Shown here: positions 24,607 through 37,500 of the stretch, in pieces
Layout: the number at the start of each line of letters is the position of its first letter
Position numbering within the stretch: position 1 is the stretch's first letter
NCBI GenBank assembly: GCA_950097015.1
Contig: CATNEN010000007.1
Location: forward strand, 1,550,001-1,614,000
Source: Macrostomum hystrix
Lineage: Eukaryota > Animalia > Platyhelminthes
DNA: 64,000 nucleotides
Direction: 5' to 3'
Position numbers and translations under genes: made by a program
The notes under the pieces: generated by a model
The model's database searches: none
The model's input: the letters and a program-made list of their open reading frames with translations, nothing else
What the model was told of the DNA's origin: nothing

Positions 24607-27600
24607 TGAGTTTGAATCATTGCAAAAATAGAGTTTGAATCATGGCTAAACCAGAGTCTGAATCATGGCTAAACCAAAGTCTGAATCATGGCTAAACTTG
24701 AGTCTTAATCATGGCTAAACCAGAGTTTGAACCATGGCTAAACCAGAGTTTGAATCATGGCTAAACCAGAGTCTGAATCATGGCAAAACCAGAGTTTCAA
24801 TCATGGCTAAACCAGAGTTTCAATCATGGCTAAACCAGCGTCTGAATCATGGCTAAACCAGCGTCTGAATCATGGCTAAACCAGAGTTTGAATCATGGCT
24901 AAACCAGCGTCTGAATCATGGCTAAACCAGAGACTAAATCATGGCTACACCAGGCTTTGAATCATGGCTAAACCATCATCATCAGCATGGCTAAACCAGA
25001 GTTTGAATCATCGCTAAACCATCATAATCAGCATGGCTAAACTAGAGTTTGAATCATGGCTAAACCAGAGTTTGAATAATGGCTACACCAGAGTTTGAAT
25101 CATGGCTAAACCAGAGTCTGAATCATTGCTAAACTAGAGTCTGAATCATGGCTAAACCAGAGTTTGAACCATGGCTAAACCAGAGTCTGAATCATGGCTA
25201 AACCAGAGTTTGAATCATGGCTAAACCAGAGTTTCAATCATGGCTAAACCAGCGTCTGAATCATGGCTAAACCAGCGTCTGAATCATGGCTAAACTAGAG
25301 TCTGAATCATGGCTAAACCAGAGTTTGAACCATGGCTAAACCAGAGTTTGAATCATGGCTAAACCAGAGTCTGAATCATGGCAAAACCAGAGTTTCAATC
25401 ATGGCTAAACCAGAGTTTCAATCATGGCTAAACCAGCGTCTGAATCATGGCTAAACCAGAGTTTCAATCATGGCTAAACCAGCGTCTGAATCATGGCTAA
25501 ACCAGCGTCTGAATCATGGCTAAACCAGAGTTTGAATCATGGCTAAACCAGAGACTAAATCATGGCTAAACCAGCGTCTGAATCATGGCTAAACCAGAGT
25601 TTGAATCATGGCTAAACCAGAGACTAAATCATGGCTAAACCAGAGTTTGAATCATGGCTAAACCAGCGTCTGAATCATGGCTAAACTAGAGTCTGAATCA
25701 TGGCTAAACCAGAGTTTGAACCATGGCTAAACCAGAGTTTGAATCATGGCTAAACCAGAGTTTGAATCATGGCTAAACCAGCGTCTGCATCATGGCTAAA
25801 CCAGAGACTAAATCATGGCTACACCAGGCTTTGAATCATGGCTAAACCATCATCATCAGCATGGCTAAACCAGAGTTTGAATCATGGCTAAACCATCATC
25901 ATCAGCATGGCTAAACTAGAGTTTGAATCATGGCTAAACCAGAGTTTGAATAATGGCTACACCAGAGTTTGAATCATGGCTAAACCAGAGTCTGAATCAT
26001 GGCTAAACTAGAGTCTGAATCATGGCTAAACCAGAGTTTGAACCATGGCTAAACCAGAGTTTGAATCATGGCTAAACCAGAGTCTGAATCATGGCTAAAC
26101 CAGAGTTTGAATCATGGCTAAACCAGAGTTTCAATCATGGCTAAACCAGCGTCTGAATCATGGCTAAACCAGCGTCTGAATCATGGCTAAACCAGCGTCT
26201 GAATCATGGCTAAACCAGAGTTTCAATCATGGCTAAACCAGCGTCTGAATCATGGCTAAACCAGAGTTTGAACCATGGCTAAACCAGAGTTTGAATCATG
26301 GCTAAACCATCATCATCAGCATGGCTAAACCAGAGTTTGAATCATGGCTAAACCATCATCATCACCATGGCTAAACTAGAGTTTGAATCATGGCTAAACC
26401 AGAGTTTGAATAATGGCTACACCAGCGTCTGAATCATGGCTAAACCAGAGTCTGAATCATGGCTAAACTAGAGTCTGAATCATGGCTAAACCAGAGTTTG
26501 AACCATGGCTAAACCAGAGTCTGAATCATGGCTAAACCAGAGTCTGAATCATGGCAAAACCAGAGTTTCAATCATGGCTAAACCAGAGTTTTAATCATGG
26601 CTAAACCAGCGTCTGAATCATGGCTAAACCAGCGTCTGAATCATGGCTAAACCAGCGTCTGAATCATGGCTAAACCAGCGTCTGAATCATGGCTAAACCA
26701 GAGTTTGAATCATGGCTAAACCAGAGACTAAATCATGGCTAAACCAGCGTCTGAATCATGGCTAAACCAGAGTTTGAATCATGGCTAAACCAGAGACTAA
26801 ATCATGGCTAAACCAGCGTCTGAATCATGGCTAAACCAGAGTCTGAATCATGGCTAAACCAGAGTCTGAATCATGGCTTAACCAGAGTTTGAATCATGGC
26901 TTAACCAGAGTCTGAATCATGGCTAAACCAGAGTCTGAATCATGGCTAAACCAGAGTCTGAATCATGGCTAAACCAGCGTCTGAATCATGGCTAAACCAG
27001 AGTTTGAATCATGGCTAAACCAGAGTTTGAATCATGGCTTAACCAGAGTTTGAATCATGGCTAAACCAGAGTCTGAATCATGGCTTAACCAGAATTTAAA
27101 TCATGGCTAAACCAGAGTCTGAATCATGGCTTAACCAGAGTCTGAATCATGGCTAAACCAGAGTCTGAATCATGGCTAAACCAGAGTCTGAATCATGGCA
27201 AAACTGGAGTCTGAATCATGGCTAAACCATAGTCTGAATCATGGCTAAAATAGAGTCTGAATCATGGCTTAACCAGAGTTTGAATCATGGCTAAACCAGA
27301 GTCTGAATCATGGCTAAACCAGAGTCTGAATCATGGCTAAACCAGAGTCTGAATCATGGCTAAACCAGCGTCTGAATCATGGCTAAACCAGAGTTTGAAT
27401 CATGGCTAAACCAGAGTTTGAATCATGGCTTAACCAGAGTTTGAATCATGGCTAAACCAGAGTCTGAATCATGGCTTAACCAGAATTTAAATCATGGCTA
27501 AACCAGAGTCTGAATCATGGCTTAACCAGAGTCTGAATCATGGCTAAACCAGAGTCTGAATCATGGCTAAACCAGAGTCTGAATCATGGCAAAACTGGAG

Positions 27601-28870
27601 TCTGAATCATGGCTAAACCAGAGTCTGAATCATGGCTAAAATAGAGTCTGAATCATGGCTAAACCAGAGTCTGAATCATGGCTAAACTAGAGTCTGAATC
27701 ATGGCTAAACCAGAGTCTGAATCATGGCTAAACTAGAGTCTGAATCATGGCTAAACCAGAGTCTGAATCATGGCTAAACTAGAGTCTGAATCATGGCTAA
27801 ACCAGAGTCTGAATCATGGCTAAACTAGAGTCTGAATCATGGCTAAACTAGAGTCTGAATCATGGCTAAACCAGCGTCTGAATCATGGCTAAACCAGAGT
27901 TTGAATCATGGCTAAACCAGAGTTTGAATCATGGCTAAACCAGAGTCTGAATCATGGCTAAACCAGCGTCTGAATCATGGCTAAACCAGAGTTTGAATCA
28001 TGGCTAAACCAGAGTTTGAATCATGGCTTAACCAGAGTTTGAATCATGGCTAAACCAGAGTCTGAATCATGGCTTAACCAGAATTTAAATCATGGCTAAA
28101 CCAGCGTCTGAATCATGGCTTAACCAGAGTCTGAATCATGGCTAAACCAGAGTCTGAATCATGGCTAAACCAGAGTCTGAATCATGGCAAAACTGGAGTC
28201 TGAATCATGGCTAAACCATAGTCTGAATCATGGCTAAAATAGAGTCTGAATCATGGCTAAACCAGAGTCTGAATCATGGCTAAACTAGAGTCTGAATCAT
28301 GGCTAAACCAGAGTCTGAATCATGGCTAAACTAGAGTCTGAATCATGGCTAAACCAGCGTCTGAATCATGGCTAAACCAGAGTTTGAATCATGGCTAAAC
28401 CAGAGTTTCAATCATGGCTTAACCAGCGTCTGAATCATGGCTAAACCAGCGTCTGAATCATGGCTAAACCAGCGTCTGAATCATGGCTAAACCATAGTCT
28501 GAATCATGGCTAAACCAGCGTCTGAATCATGGCTAAACCAGAGTCTGAATCATGGCTAAACTAGAGTCTGAATCATGGCTAAACCAGAGTCTGAATCATG
28601 GCTAAACTAGAGTCTGAATCATGGCTAAACCAGAGTCTGAATCATGGCTAAACTAGAGTCTGAATCATGGCTAAACCAGCGTCTGAATCATGGCTAAACC
28701 AGAGTTTGAATCATGGCTAAACCAGAGTTTCAATCATGGCTAAACCAGCGTCTGAATCATGGCTAAACCAGCGTCTGAATCATGGCTTAACCAGAGTTTG
28801 AATCATAGCCAACCAGAGTCTGAATCATGGCAAAACGAGAGTTTGAATCATAGCCCACCAGGGTTTAAAA
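24607..28870. repeat. 23-bp satellite in Helitron copy 2 (~185 copies)
   Basis: Same unit as copy 1, with block duplications. Confidence 0.95.
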
Positions 28871-28919
28871 CATGGCGAAACCTGAGTTTGAATCTTGGCT
28901 AACCTGTTTGAAAAATCAA

Positions 28920-30575
28920 CGTCAACTGGGGAGTCATCATCAAAATGGGGATCATGGTGAACTGGGGGATCATGGTAAACTGGGGGATAATTGTCGACTG
29001 GGGGATCAATGTCAACCGGGGGATCATTGTCAACTGGGGGATCATTGTCAACTGGGGGATCATTGTCAAATGGGGGATCATTGTCAACTGGGGGATCTTT
29101 GTCAACTGGGGGTTCATTGTCAACTGGGGGTTCATTGTCCACTGGGGGATCATTGTCAACTGGGGGATCATTGTGAACTGAGAGATCATTGTCAAGTGGG
29201 GGGTAATGGTCAACTGGGGGATAATTGTCAACTGGGGAATCATCATCAACTGGGGATCATCATCAACTGGGGGATCATTGAGAACTGGGGGATCTTTGTC
29301 AACTGGGGGATCATTGTATACTGTGGGATCATTGTCAACTGGGGGATCATTGTCAACTGGGGGATCATTGTCAACTGGGGGATCGTTGTCAACTGGGGGT
29401 TCATTGTCAACTGGGGGATCATTGTCAACTGGGGGATCATTGTCAACTGGGGGATCATCATCAACTGGGGGATCATTGTCAACTGGGGGTTCATTGTCAA
29501 CTGTGGGATCATTGTCAACCGGCGGGATCATTGTCAACTGGGGGATCATTGTCAACTGGGGGATCATTGTCAACTGGGGGATCATTGTCAACTGGGGGAT
29601 CATCATCAACTGGGGGATCATTGTCAACTGGGGGAACATTGTCAACTGGGGGATCATTGTCAACTGGGGGATCATCATCAACTGGGGGATCATTGTCAAC
29701 TGGGGGAACATTGTCAACTGGAGGATCTTTGTTAACTGGGGGATCATTGTCAACTGGGGGATCATTCTCAACTGGGGGATCATTGTCAACTGGGGGATCA
29801 TTTTCAACTGGGGGATCATCATTAACTGGGGGATCATTGTCAACTGGGGGATCATTGTCAACTGGGGGATCATTGTCAACTGGGGGATCATTGTCAACTG
29901 GGGGATCATTGTCAACTGGGTGATCATCATCAACTGGGGGATCATTGTTAACTGGGGGAACATTGTCAAATGGAGGAACATTGTTAACTGGGGATCATCA
30001 TCAATGGGGAGACTTCATCAACTGGGGGATCATTGTGAACTGGGGGATCTTTGTTAACTGGGGGATCATTGTCAACTGGGGGATCATTGTCAACTGGGGG
30101 ATCATTGTCAACTGGGGGATCATTTTCAACTGGGGGATCATCATCAACTGGGGGATCATCATCAACTGGGTGATCATTGTGAACTGGGGGATCTTTGTCA
30201 ACTGGGGGATCATTGTCAACTGTGGGATCATTGTCAACTGGGGGATCATTGTCAAATGGGGGATCATTGTCAACTGTGGGATCGTTGTCAACTGGGGGTT
30301 CATTGTCAACTGGGGGTTCATTGTCAACTGGGGGATCATCATCAACTGGGGGATCATCATCAACTGGGTGATCATTGTGAACTGGGGGATCTTTGTCAAC
30401 TGGGGGATCATTGTTAACTGTGGGATCATTGTCAACTGGGGGATCATTGTCAAATGGGGGATCATTGTCAACTGTGGGATCGTTGTCAACTGGGGGTTCA
30501 TTGTCAACTGGGGGTTCATTGTCAACTGGGGGATCATTGTCAACTGGGGGATCATTGTCAACTGGGGGTTCATTG
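28920..30575. repeat. 18-bp satellite in Helitron copy 2
   Basis: Same unit as copy 1. Confidence 0.95.
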
Positions 30576-32051
30576 TAGCTTTAAAAAGCTGTAAATTCAG
30601 CTGCTAAAAAGTATATACTAGACGAATTAAAAGTATTTCTGCTCCCCGAAGGGGGGGCAAAACTTGCTAGTAGAACTGCTAAAGTAGAAAGACGCTACGT
30701 GACACTTCAAAACCTCTATAGGAACTTCTTTAAAAACGGTTGATTTTACGTCCATTTTATTGGAAGGTTACAGTAACTTCCTCTCTATCATAAGCAGTAC
30801 TCGTCACTCGGTTTTTAGATGCTGGAAGACACAAAGATAGTTCAGTTTCTCGAAATTCAAATTGGGACACAATTAAATACATGAAGACACCACGGACAGC
30901 TTAATAAAGCAGACATAATTAAGTATTCCGCGGAAGACACAACTAGCTTTGTGCATTATTTGATGAGACTTTGAGTTGCTTTGACTCATATCCCATATAT
31001 ATTTTTTCAAATCACCCATTGACTCTTTTACGGTGAAGTTCATTCTGTTAGTGGAGTTCAAAGTAAAAAATGCCTGACGTCATGACAGGTAATGAACTGA
31101 TATGCAGATACTGTGCATTAAACAGAGTCGCACAGGGATGTAAAATCTATAACACTGAGAAAGTGTATTAACAAGGCAAACAAAGTAATATATATTAAAG
31201 GCAAACAGTCAACAAACAGACCATAAAAATATTGCTTACTGACAGGCCAAAGGAGAACTTTGACAGCAGTTAACTACCAAAAGTTGAAAAACTCGTTGTA
31301 AGGGTTGCGATTATCGCTCGTATTATTTTTTTCAATTGCACTCATGGTGAAATGCAATAGAGACAAATGCAAATAGAGACAAAAGAAAAATGCAGTCCAG
31401 TAGACTGCTTTGTGCTTATATGTTCCATGCACTAGCGCAGAAGTCGCCTGATTCGCAGCTGAGAGCCTGCATATCGCCGCCACGTGGCTGGAGTTCTTCA
31501 TTTCAGCCACAACGATGCCAGTTTGCTTGAAACGATGGCAAAGGCTGAGGCCTACAACTGGCTGGAGTGTTCCAAACGGCGCTGCAAAGGTCGTATACTG
31601 GAATCGGTCTGCTCCTCCGATGCGCCGATCGACTTGCAGTGAGGTCGACCTCGAACTGTCACAGAAAACTCAACTGTCAGGTCCCGAATAATGATGAAGT
31701 GAAGATAAGCACAGTTGTGAGAATTCTTTGCACAATTGCACATTTACGCCTTGTTATAGTTGTCCATAAGGAATACTTTCTGCACAAATTGTTTAGAATC
31801 GAATTTATTGTAACTCGTGTAGCAAACTGAATCTCAAGTGAATGATTCTCTAACGACCAATACGAGGTCAACACGATTGTATTCTTTCATTTTTTATTAA
31901 TCAATTAACTTTACCCTTAGTCGCTTTCGATAGATCGCCATTTTAAAACCCGTTGACTGATGATGCTGATGAGCTAAAGAATCTCGAGTTTTATTATTTT
32001 TATTTTAAACAAACTTTTTAAATACGAAGTACACTATTTTAAATACATCGC

Positions 32052-33993
32052 TTTGGAGTCCACTCGGTGCACGAGGAAAGCACTAAAGTTGGGCGTACAA
32101 TAAATGCAAAGAAAACTGAGGTCATGCACGTAGGCCTAATTAATAATTAGTTAATGATTAATTATTGAATAATTATGATTAATTATGATTAATTTTTAAT
32201 TATGATTAATAATGATTAATTAATGATTAATAATACGTAGACCGGATTGCCGAATGCGACGACTTCCGCTACCTTGGCTCCCTCGTGGCTAATGTTGATG
32301 TCATTATTGCAGACAGAAGAGCACATGTAGTGTCAGCTTGTTTGCCCTTCTATCTCCCCGTGTTATTATTCAATACTTATTTTTAGACACGTGTTTTTTT
32401 GCTAAAAGTCACCCACGCCAAGCCGGGCCGGACCAGCCGGGGGAACGGACGCCCACCACCCCGCGAGCGCTACCCCTGGGCTACAGTCTCGGCCAATCAG
32501 CGAGCGACCCGGCCTCACTACCTGTCTACCCTCGGCAAGAAGCTACCCCGGGGCTCAGAACGGCGGTCGCAAGTCTACTGTGATTTGTCGCCTTGGCTCA
32601 AGCTACAGCCAGGCATCCACCTCGCCGATCGCCCTAATTCGGGGTTAACATGACTATAAAACGAAGCGTGTTTTTGCAGTGAATTTTTATCGTTCTCCGC
32701 AATTCGCCTCACACTGTGAGAAGCACGTGCAAACCAGTCCACTTTGTTTTGTCCCTCCCCGCCCGACCACGCTCCGCTTGTTCAGTTAGGTAGCTTTCGG
32801 CGCTACGCGTCTTGAGAGTGCGCCGCTGACAAGGGTGGTCTAGATAGGCGCTTGTTGTCGAAGTCAGTACGTGCTCTCTTCGGAGACTCCGCCGTCAGGC
32901 AGGAGTGCCAACCGATAGGATCTGTCGGGGCAGCGCTGAAAGCAGAGACAACCGGAGCCTCTTGGGAAGAGTAGGGCGCGGATTAGGCCAGTTTAAGTAA
33001 AATTGTTATATCCAATTTGTTAGACCAAATTTTGCTTTTCACTATGAGCGCGCTATAATTTATTTCCGTGTGAATATCCTCATTCTGTCAGTGTAACTTT
33101 TAAATCAAGTTCAGCAAGTAAACTAGATTCAAATCAATTCCTATTCTTATCTGGAATCTTAGCGAGTCACAACTGATTAAATCACTCCCAATCAATTTAT
33201 TCGAGTCTTCGCGTTCATACTGTGTTATTCTTTTTTCTCATTGGGAGTTTCGCCGGGCCGGAGGACGACACGCGGGTCTCATCGCTTATCTATTCCGCTT
33301 CGCTCGCTACCACAGTCTCTAACGCTATTTAATTCCAGATTTGCCTGCTGCTATTGAAACGATTGGTAGGACACCGACCCCGGTGAATAGTGAATAGTCG
33401 CTAGCTTTAAATTCCTCACGCTCCAGCTAGGACATTCATTTTATTACACACAGGCCAGGTGTGCAGCTCAGTTACTAAAGTGCCATCTTTAACTCCGCAG
33501 CCAACAACGAACTGAAAACCAAGATTTTTTCGCACAGCAGTAGAACCTATCCTGCTCTACGGACTCGAAACGATACCTGCAGTGACGAAGACGCACGAGA
33601 ACGCTCTTGACGCGCTCTACAGGGCGATACTCCGGTGTGCCCTGGAGATCCGGTACTCGGAGATGACCGCAAACCAGAAGCTTTAGCGGCGAACAAAGAC
33701 TCCTCCGCTATATCGCACCCTGCAAATACGGCGCCAGCGGTTCCTTGGCCATGTTTTCCAAAGCCAAGGCCCAGGCAAGGCCAACCCGCTAGCTGTTCTT
33801 CATCCACCGCGCGACGCGCTTAGGCCCGGGCACGGGAGAACTTCTACACTCGTCCAGACATCTGAACGACCTCGAGGCAATGAGTATGACCGACATTGAG
33901 GCTGTCGTCTTCTCTGTCGCAACTGCTTCGCGAGCGTCTGTGCGCTAGGGCCTTTTGGTCCTAGAATCTACTAGCTACTATATACTACTACTA
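32052..33993 (+). mobile_element. Decayed 5'-truncated RTE-like LINE fragment, interrupted
   Basis: Translates to KVGRTINAKKTEVM, DDFRYLGS, AVEPILLYGLET and RRQRFLGHV with stops and a frameshift; ends in a (CTA)n-like tail. Confidence 0.8.
32326..33448. mobile_element. Solo LTR (1123 bp) inserted in the LINE
   Basis: TGTA...TACA termini with a 4-bp TSD CACA (32322-32325 and 33449-33452). CCAAT at 32493, TATAAAA at 32655. Confidence 0.75.
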
Positions 33994-34510
33994 AATACGA
34001 TCGTAGCACTGTAAATACTTGTATTGAAATGCTTAAATTCCTCATTCTAGCATCAACTAACATGCAAATACTTACGAAAAAGGCAGGCCCATGCAGGTCC
34101 ACGCAATTCATTCTGCCAGGATTAAAGGACTTTCATAGAAATATAACTTAACATTCTGTGCTAAAAAAGTGAAATAGTCGGAGAGAAAATTATCTACTGC
34201 AGCTCATACATTTGTCCTGGGTTTTGCAGGATGAAATGAGCGAGTTATAGTAACGCCTGTTTGGGTCGATGCTTTTTATAAAAAAAATTTACCGTAGGGA
34301 CATTTTTCACACATAGTAGAACGTACAGTGAAATGCGATAGTATAACAAATAAATATTTTGGGTGTATAAAAGTAGATAATTAGCATATTGTATACGAGC
34401 GTACGCGTAATTTTATATTGTATTGCGGGACTGCTTTACTTGTCAATGTGTGCAATTTTTCAGGTACTGTACATCCCTCGTTCCATCTCTGTTTACAGTT
34501 ATTCGACCAT

Positions 34511-37500
34511 TTAGTCCTGAGCTACTGGTTCCTTTGCCGCGCTTACGACCGTTTTCTTCTGCTTCTTTTGTAGTTCCCTTCTTGCTGTGACGCTGCAGCA
34601 ACCCATCCATTCGCCGCAGATCAGCGGGAAGTAATTCGCACGTTTCTCAGTAGTTTTTGACTGCTTCTGCAGCCGCTTGATGTCGCTCGATGCATCTTCG
34701 TGGGTAGACCAGCTGCTGTCTGAGCTGCAGCTAGGTGTCTGCTTACTATTGTCTTCGAGCAGCTGAGCCCTCGGTCGGTAATTAATAGCTGGCATGGCTT
34801 GAGCTATGTCTGACTCATTTCTGTCGAGCAAATTCTGTGAGCTTTGATCAAGCTGCAGCAGAGGACGAAGTTTTGAGATATGAGAAACAGGAGCATTCTG
34901 ATGATGACTCAGACTCTGTCGATGTTCGTGCAGCAGCTCAGAAGGCTGTCCTTTCTGTTGTGCTCTTTTCTGTGGCAGGTTGTTGCGCCGACAGATCTGC
35001 GTATTCGGGTGCTGTTCAATATGATTCGTCTGTGCCCGTGGAGCCAAGCTGCGTTGCCTCTCATACTGCAGCAACTGCTGCTGATGGAAACCGCGTGTGG
35101 CGTTGTTCGCCTCGCCAACTCGCTCTATCGTTTCGGCCTTGAATTTCAGTGGCGACATATCCATGTGCAATTTATACAGCTCAGCCAACAATGCCGAACC
35201 TTCTTGTTTACGTTTCAGTAACAATGATTTGCTCATGTTAGGCCTCTGGAGTGTTTTAGGCATTTCGAATGGGTTGTCTGCTTCAATGTCTCTTCTTAAA
35301 TGGCAACCTTTACTGTCTGGATTTTCGGAAAAATCTGTGTTTACAACTTCGTCCTCCACTGGGACATAGACGACGTCATCGCCTAGGAGATTATCAGTAG
35401 AATCCTTCTGAATTGAAACTTTTAGAGCCTCCTCTCTAGAAATTATGTCGGTGCCAACGCTTACAGTACTCTCTCTGCCAATAGCACAACTGTCTCTTGA
35501 AGCACCAACCTCTCTGCCAGTAGCACATCTGTCTCTCGGAGCTGCAATGTCTCTCACAGTTTCAAAGTTGTCCCTGGACGATCCAATCTGTCGGCTAGTT
35601 AAATTGCCATTGCTGTAACCGGCAGTGGTATTAGCAATGCTGTCTTGGCGAACTGCGATCGCTCTGCTAGGTTCATAGCCGTTCTGGCGAGCTGCGATCT
35701 CTCTGCTAGCGTCATAACAGTCTTGGCGAGCTGCGATCTCTCTGCTCGGTTCATAGCCGTTCTGGCGAGCTGCAATCTCTCTGCTAGCTTCATAACAGTC
35801 TTGGCGAGCTGCGATCTCTCTGCTAGCGTCATAACAGTCTTGGCAAGCTGCGATCTCTCTGCTAGCGTCATAACAGTCTTGGCGAGCTGCAATCTCTCTG
35901 CTAGCTTCATAACAGTCTTCGCGAGCTGCGATCTCTCTGCTAGCGTCGTAACAGTCTTGGCGAGCTGCGATCTCTCTGCTAGCTTCATAACAGTCTTGGC
36001 GAGCTGCGATCTCTCTGCTAGCTTCATAACAGTCTTGGCGAGCTGCGATCTCTCTGCTAGCTTCATAACAGTCTTGGCGAGCTGCAATCTCTCTGCTAGC
36101 TTCATAACAGTCTTGGCGAGCTGCAATATCTCTCCCAGATTCATAGTTGTCCCTGGGAGATGAACTCTGTCTGCCAGTTCCACATACTATCTTGGGAGAT
36201 GCACTCTGTGAGCCAGATATGGGGCCGTCTCTTGTAGATGCACTCTGTCTGCTAGGTACATAGCCTTCCCTGAGAGATGCACTCTGTCTGACAGTTATAC
36301 AGCTCTCCCTGGGAGATTCAGTCAGTCTTCCACGTACATAGCCGTCTCGGGGAGATGCACTCTGTCTGCCAGTTACACAACCGTCCCTGGGAGATCCACT
36401 CAGTCTTCCAAGTACATTGCCGTATTGGGGAGATCCACTCGGTCTGTCAGTTACATAGCCGTCCCTGGGAGATCCACTCAGTCTTCCTGGTACATTGCCG
36501 TATTGGGGAGATCCACTCGGTCTGTCAGTTACACAGCCGTCCCTGGGAGATCCACTCAGTCTTCCTGGTACATTGCCGTATTGGGGAGATCCACTCGGTC
36601 TGTCAGTTACATAGCCGTCCCTGGGAGATCCACTCAGTCTTCCAGGTACATTGCCGTCTTGGGGAGATCCACTCGGTCTGTCAGTTACATAGCTATCCCG
36701 GGGAGATCCACTCTGCGTGCCAGGTACATAGCTATCCCGGGGAGATCCACTCTGCGTGCCAGGTACATAGCCGTCCCTGGGAGATCCACTCAGTCTTCCT
36801 GGTAAATTACCGTATTGGGGAGATCCACTCGGTCTGCCAGATACATAGCCGTCCCTGGGAGATCCACTCAGTCTTCCTGGTACATTGCCGTCTTGGGGAG
36901 ATCCACTCGGTCGGCCAGTTACATAGCCGTCCCTGGGAGATCCACTCAGTCTTCCTGGTACATTGCCGTATTGGGGAGATCCACTCGGTCTGCCAGATAC
37001 ATAGCCGTCCCTGGGAGATCCACTCAGTCTTCCAGGTACATTGCCGTCTTGGGGAGATCCACTCGGTCTGCCAGATACATAGCCGTCCCTGGGAGATCCA
37101 CTCAGTCTTCCTGGTACATTGCCGTCTTGGGGAGATCCACTCGGTCGGCCAGTTACATAGCCGTCCCTGGGAGATCCACTCAGTCTTCCTGGTACATTGC
37201 CGTATTGGGGAGATCCACTCGGTCTGCCAGATACATAGCCGTCCCTGGGAGATCCACTCAGTCTTCCAGGTACATTGCCGTCTTGGGGAGATCCACTCGG
37301 TCGGCCAGTTACATAGCCGTCCCTGGGAGATCCACTCAGTCTTCCTGGTACATTGCCGTCTTGGGGAGATCCACTCGGTCTGCCAGATACATAGCCGTCC
37401 CTGGGAGATCCACTCAGTCTTCCTGGTACATTGCCGTCTCGGGGAGATGCACTCTGTCTGCCAGGTACATAGTCGTCCCGGGGAGATCCACTCTGCGTAC

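Larger units (their letters stand above)
23996..30670 (+). mobile_element. Non-autonomous Helitron, copy 2 (head-to-tail with copy 1)
   Basis: Starts TC directly after CTAG, has (CTTG)n, the same body (~10 differences in 600 bp), expanded arrays, and ends hairpin + CTAG|T with no TSD. Confidence 0.85.

Noticed and set aside
21637-30575. CRISPR-like appearance and many ORFs in the 23-bp and 18-bp arrays
   Set aside because: Units abut with no unique spacers, there are no cas genes, the context is eukaryotic, and the ORFs are repeat artefacts.
31274-31941. Possible minus-strand gene (ATG at 31941 with a donor at 31914; hydrophobic ORF 31274-31510)
   Set aside because: I could not build a consistent spliced frame or recognise a family.
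31966-31973. Second CTGATGAG motif (also CTGACGAG in the 55-kb repeat)
   Set aside because: No stem II or GAAA follows, so these are not hammerheads.
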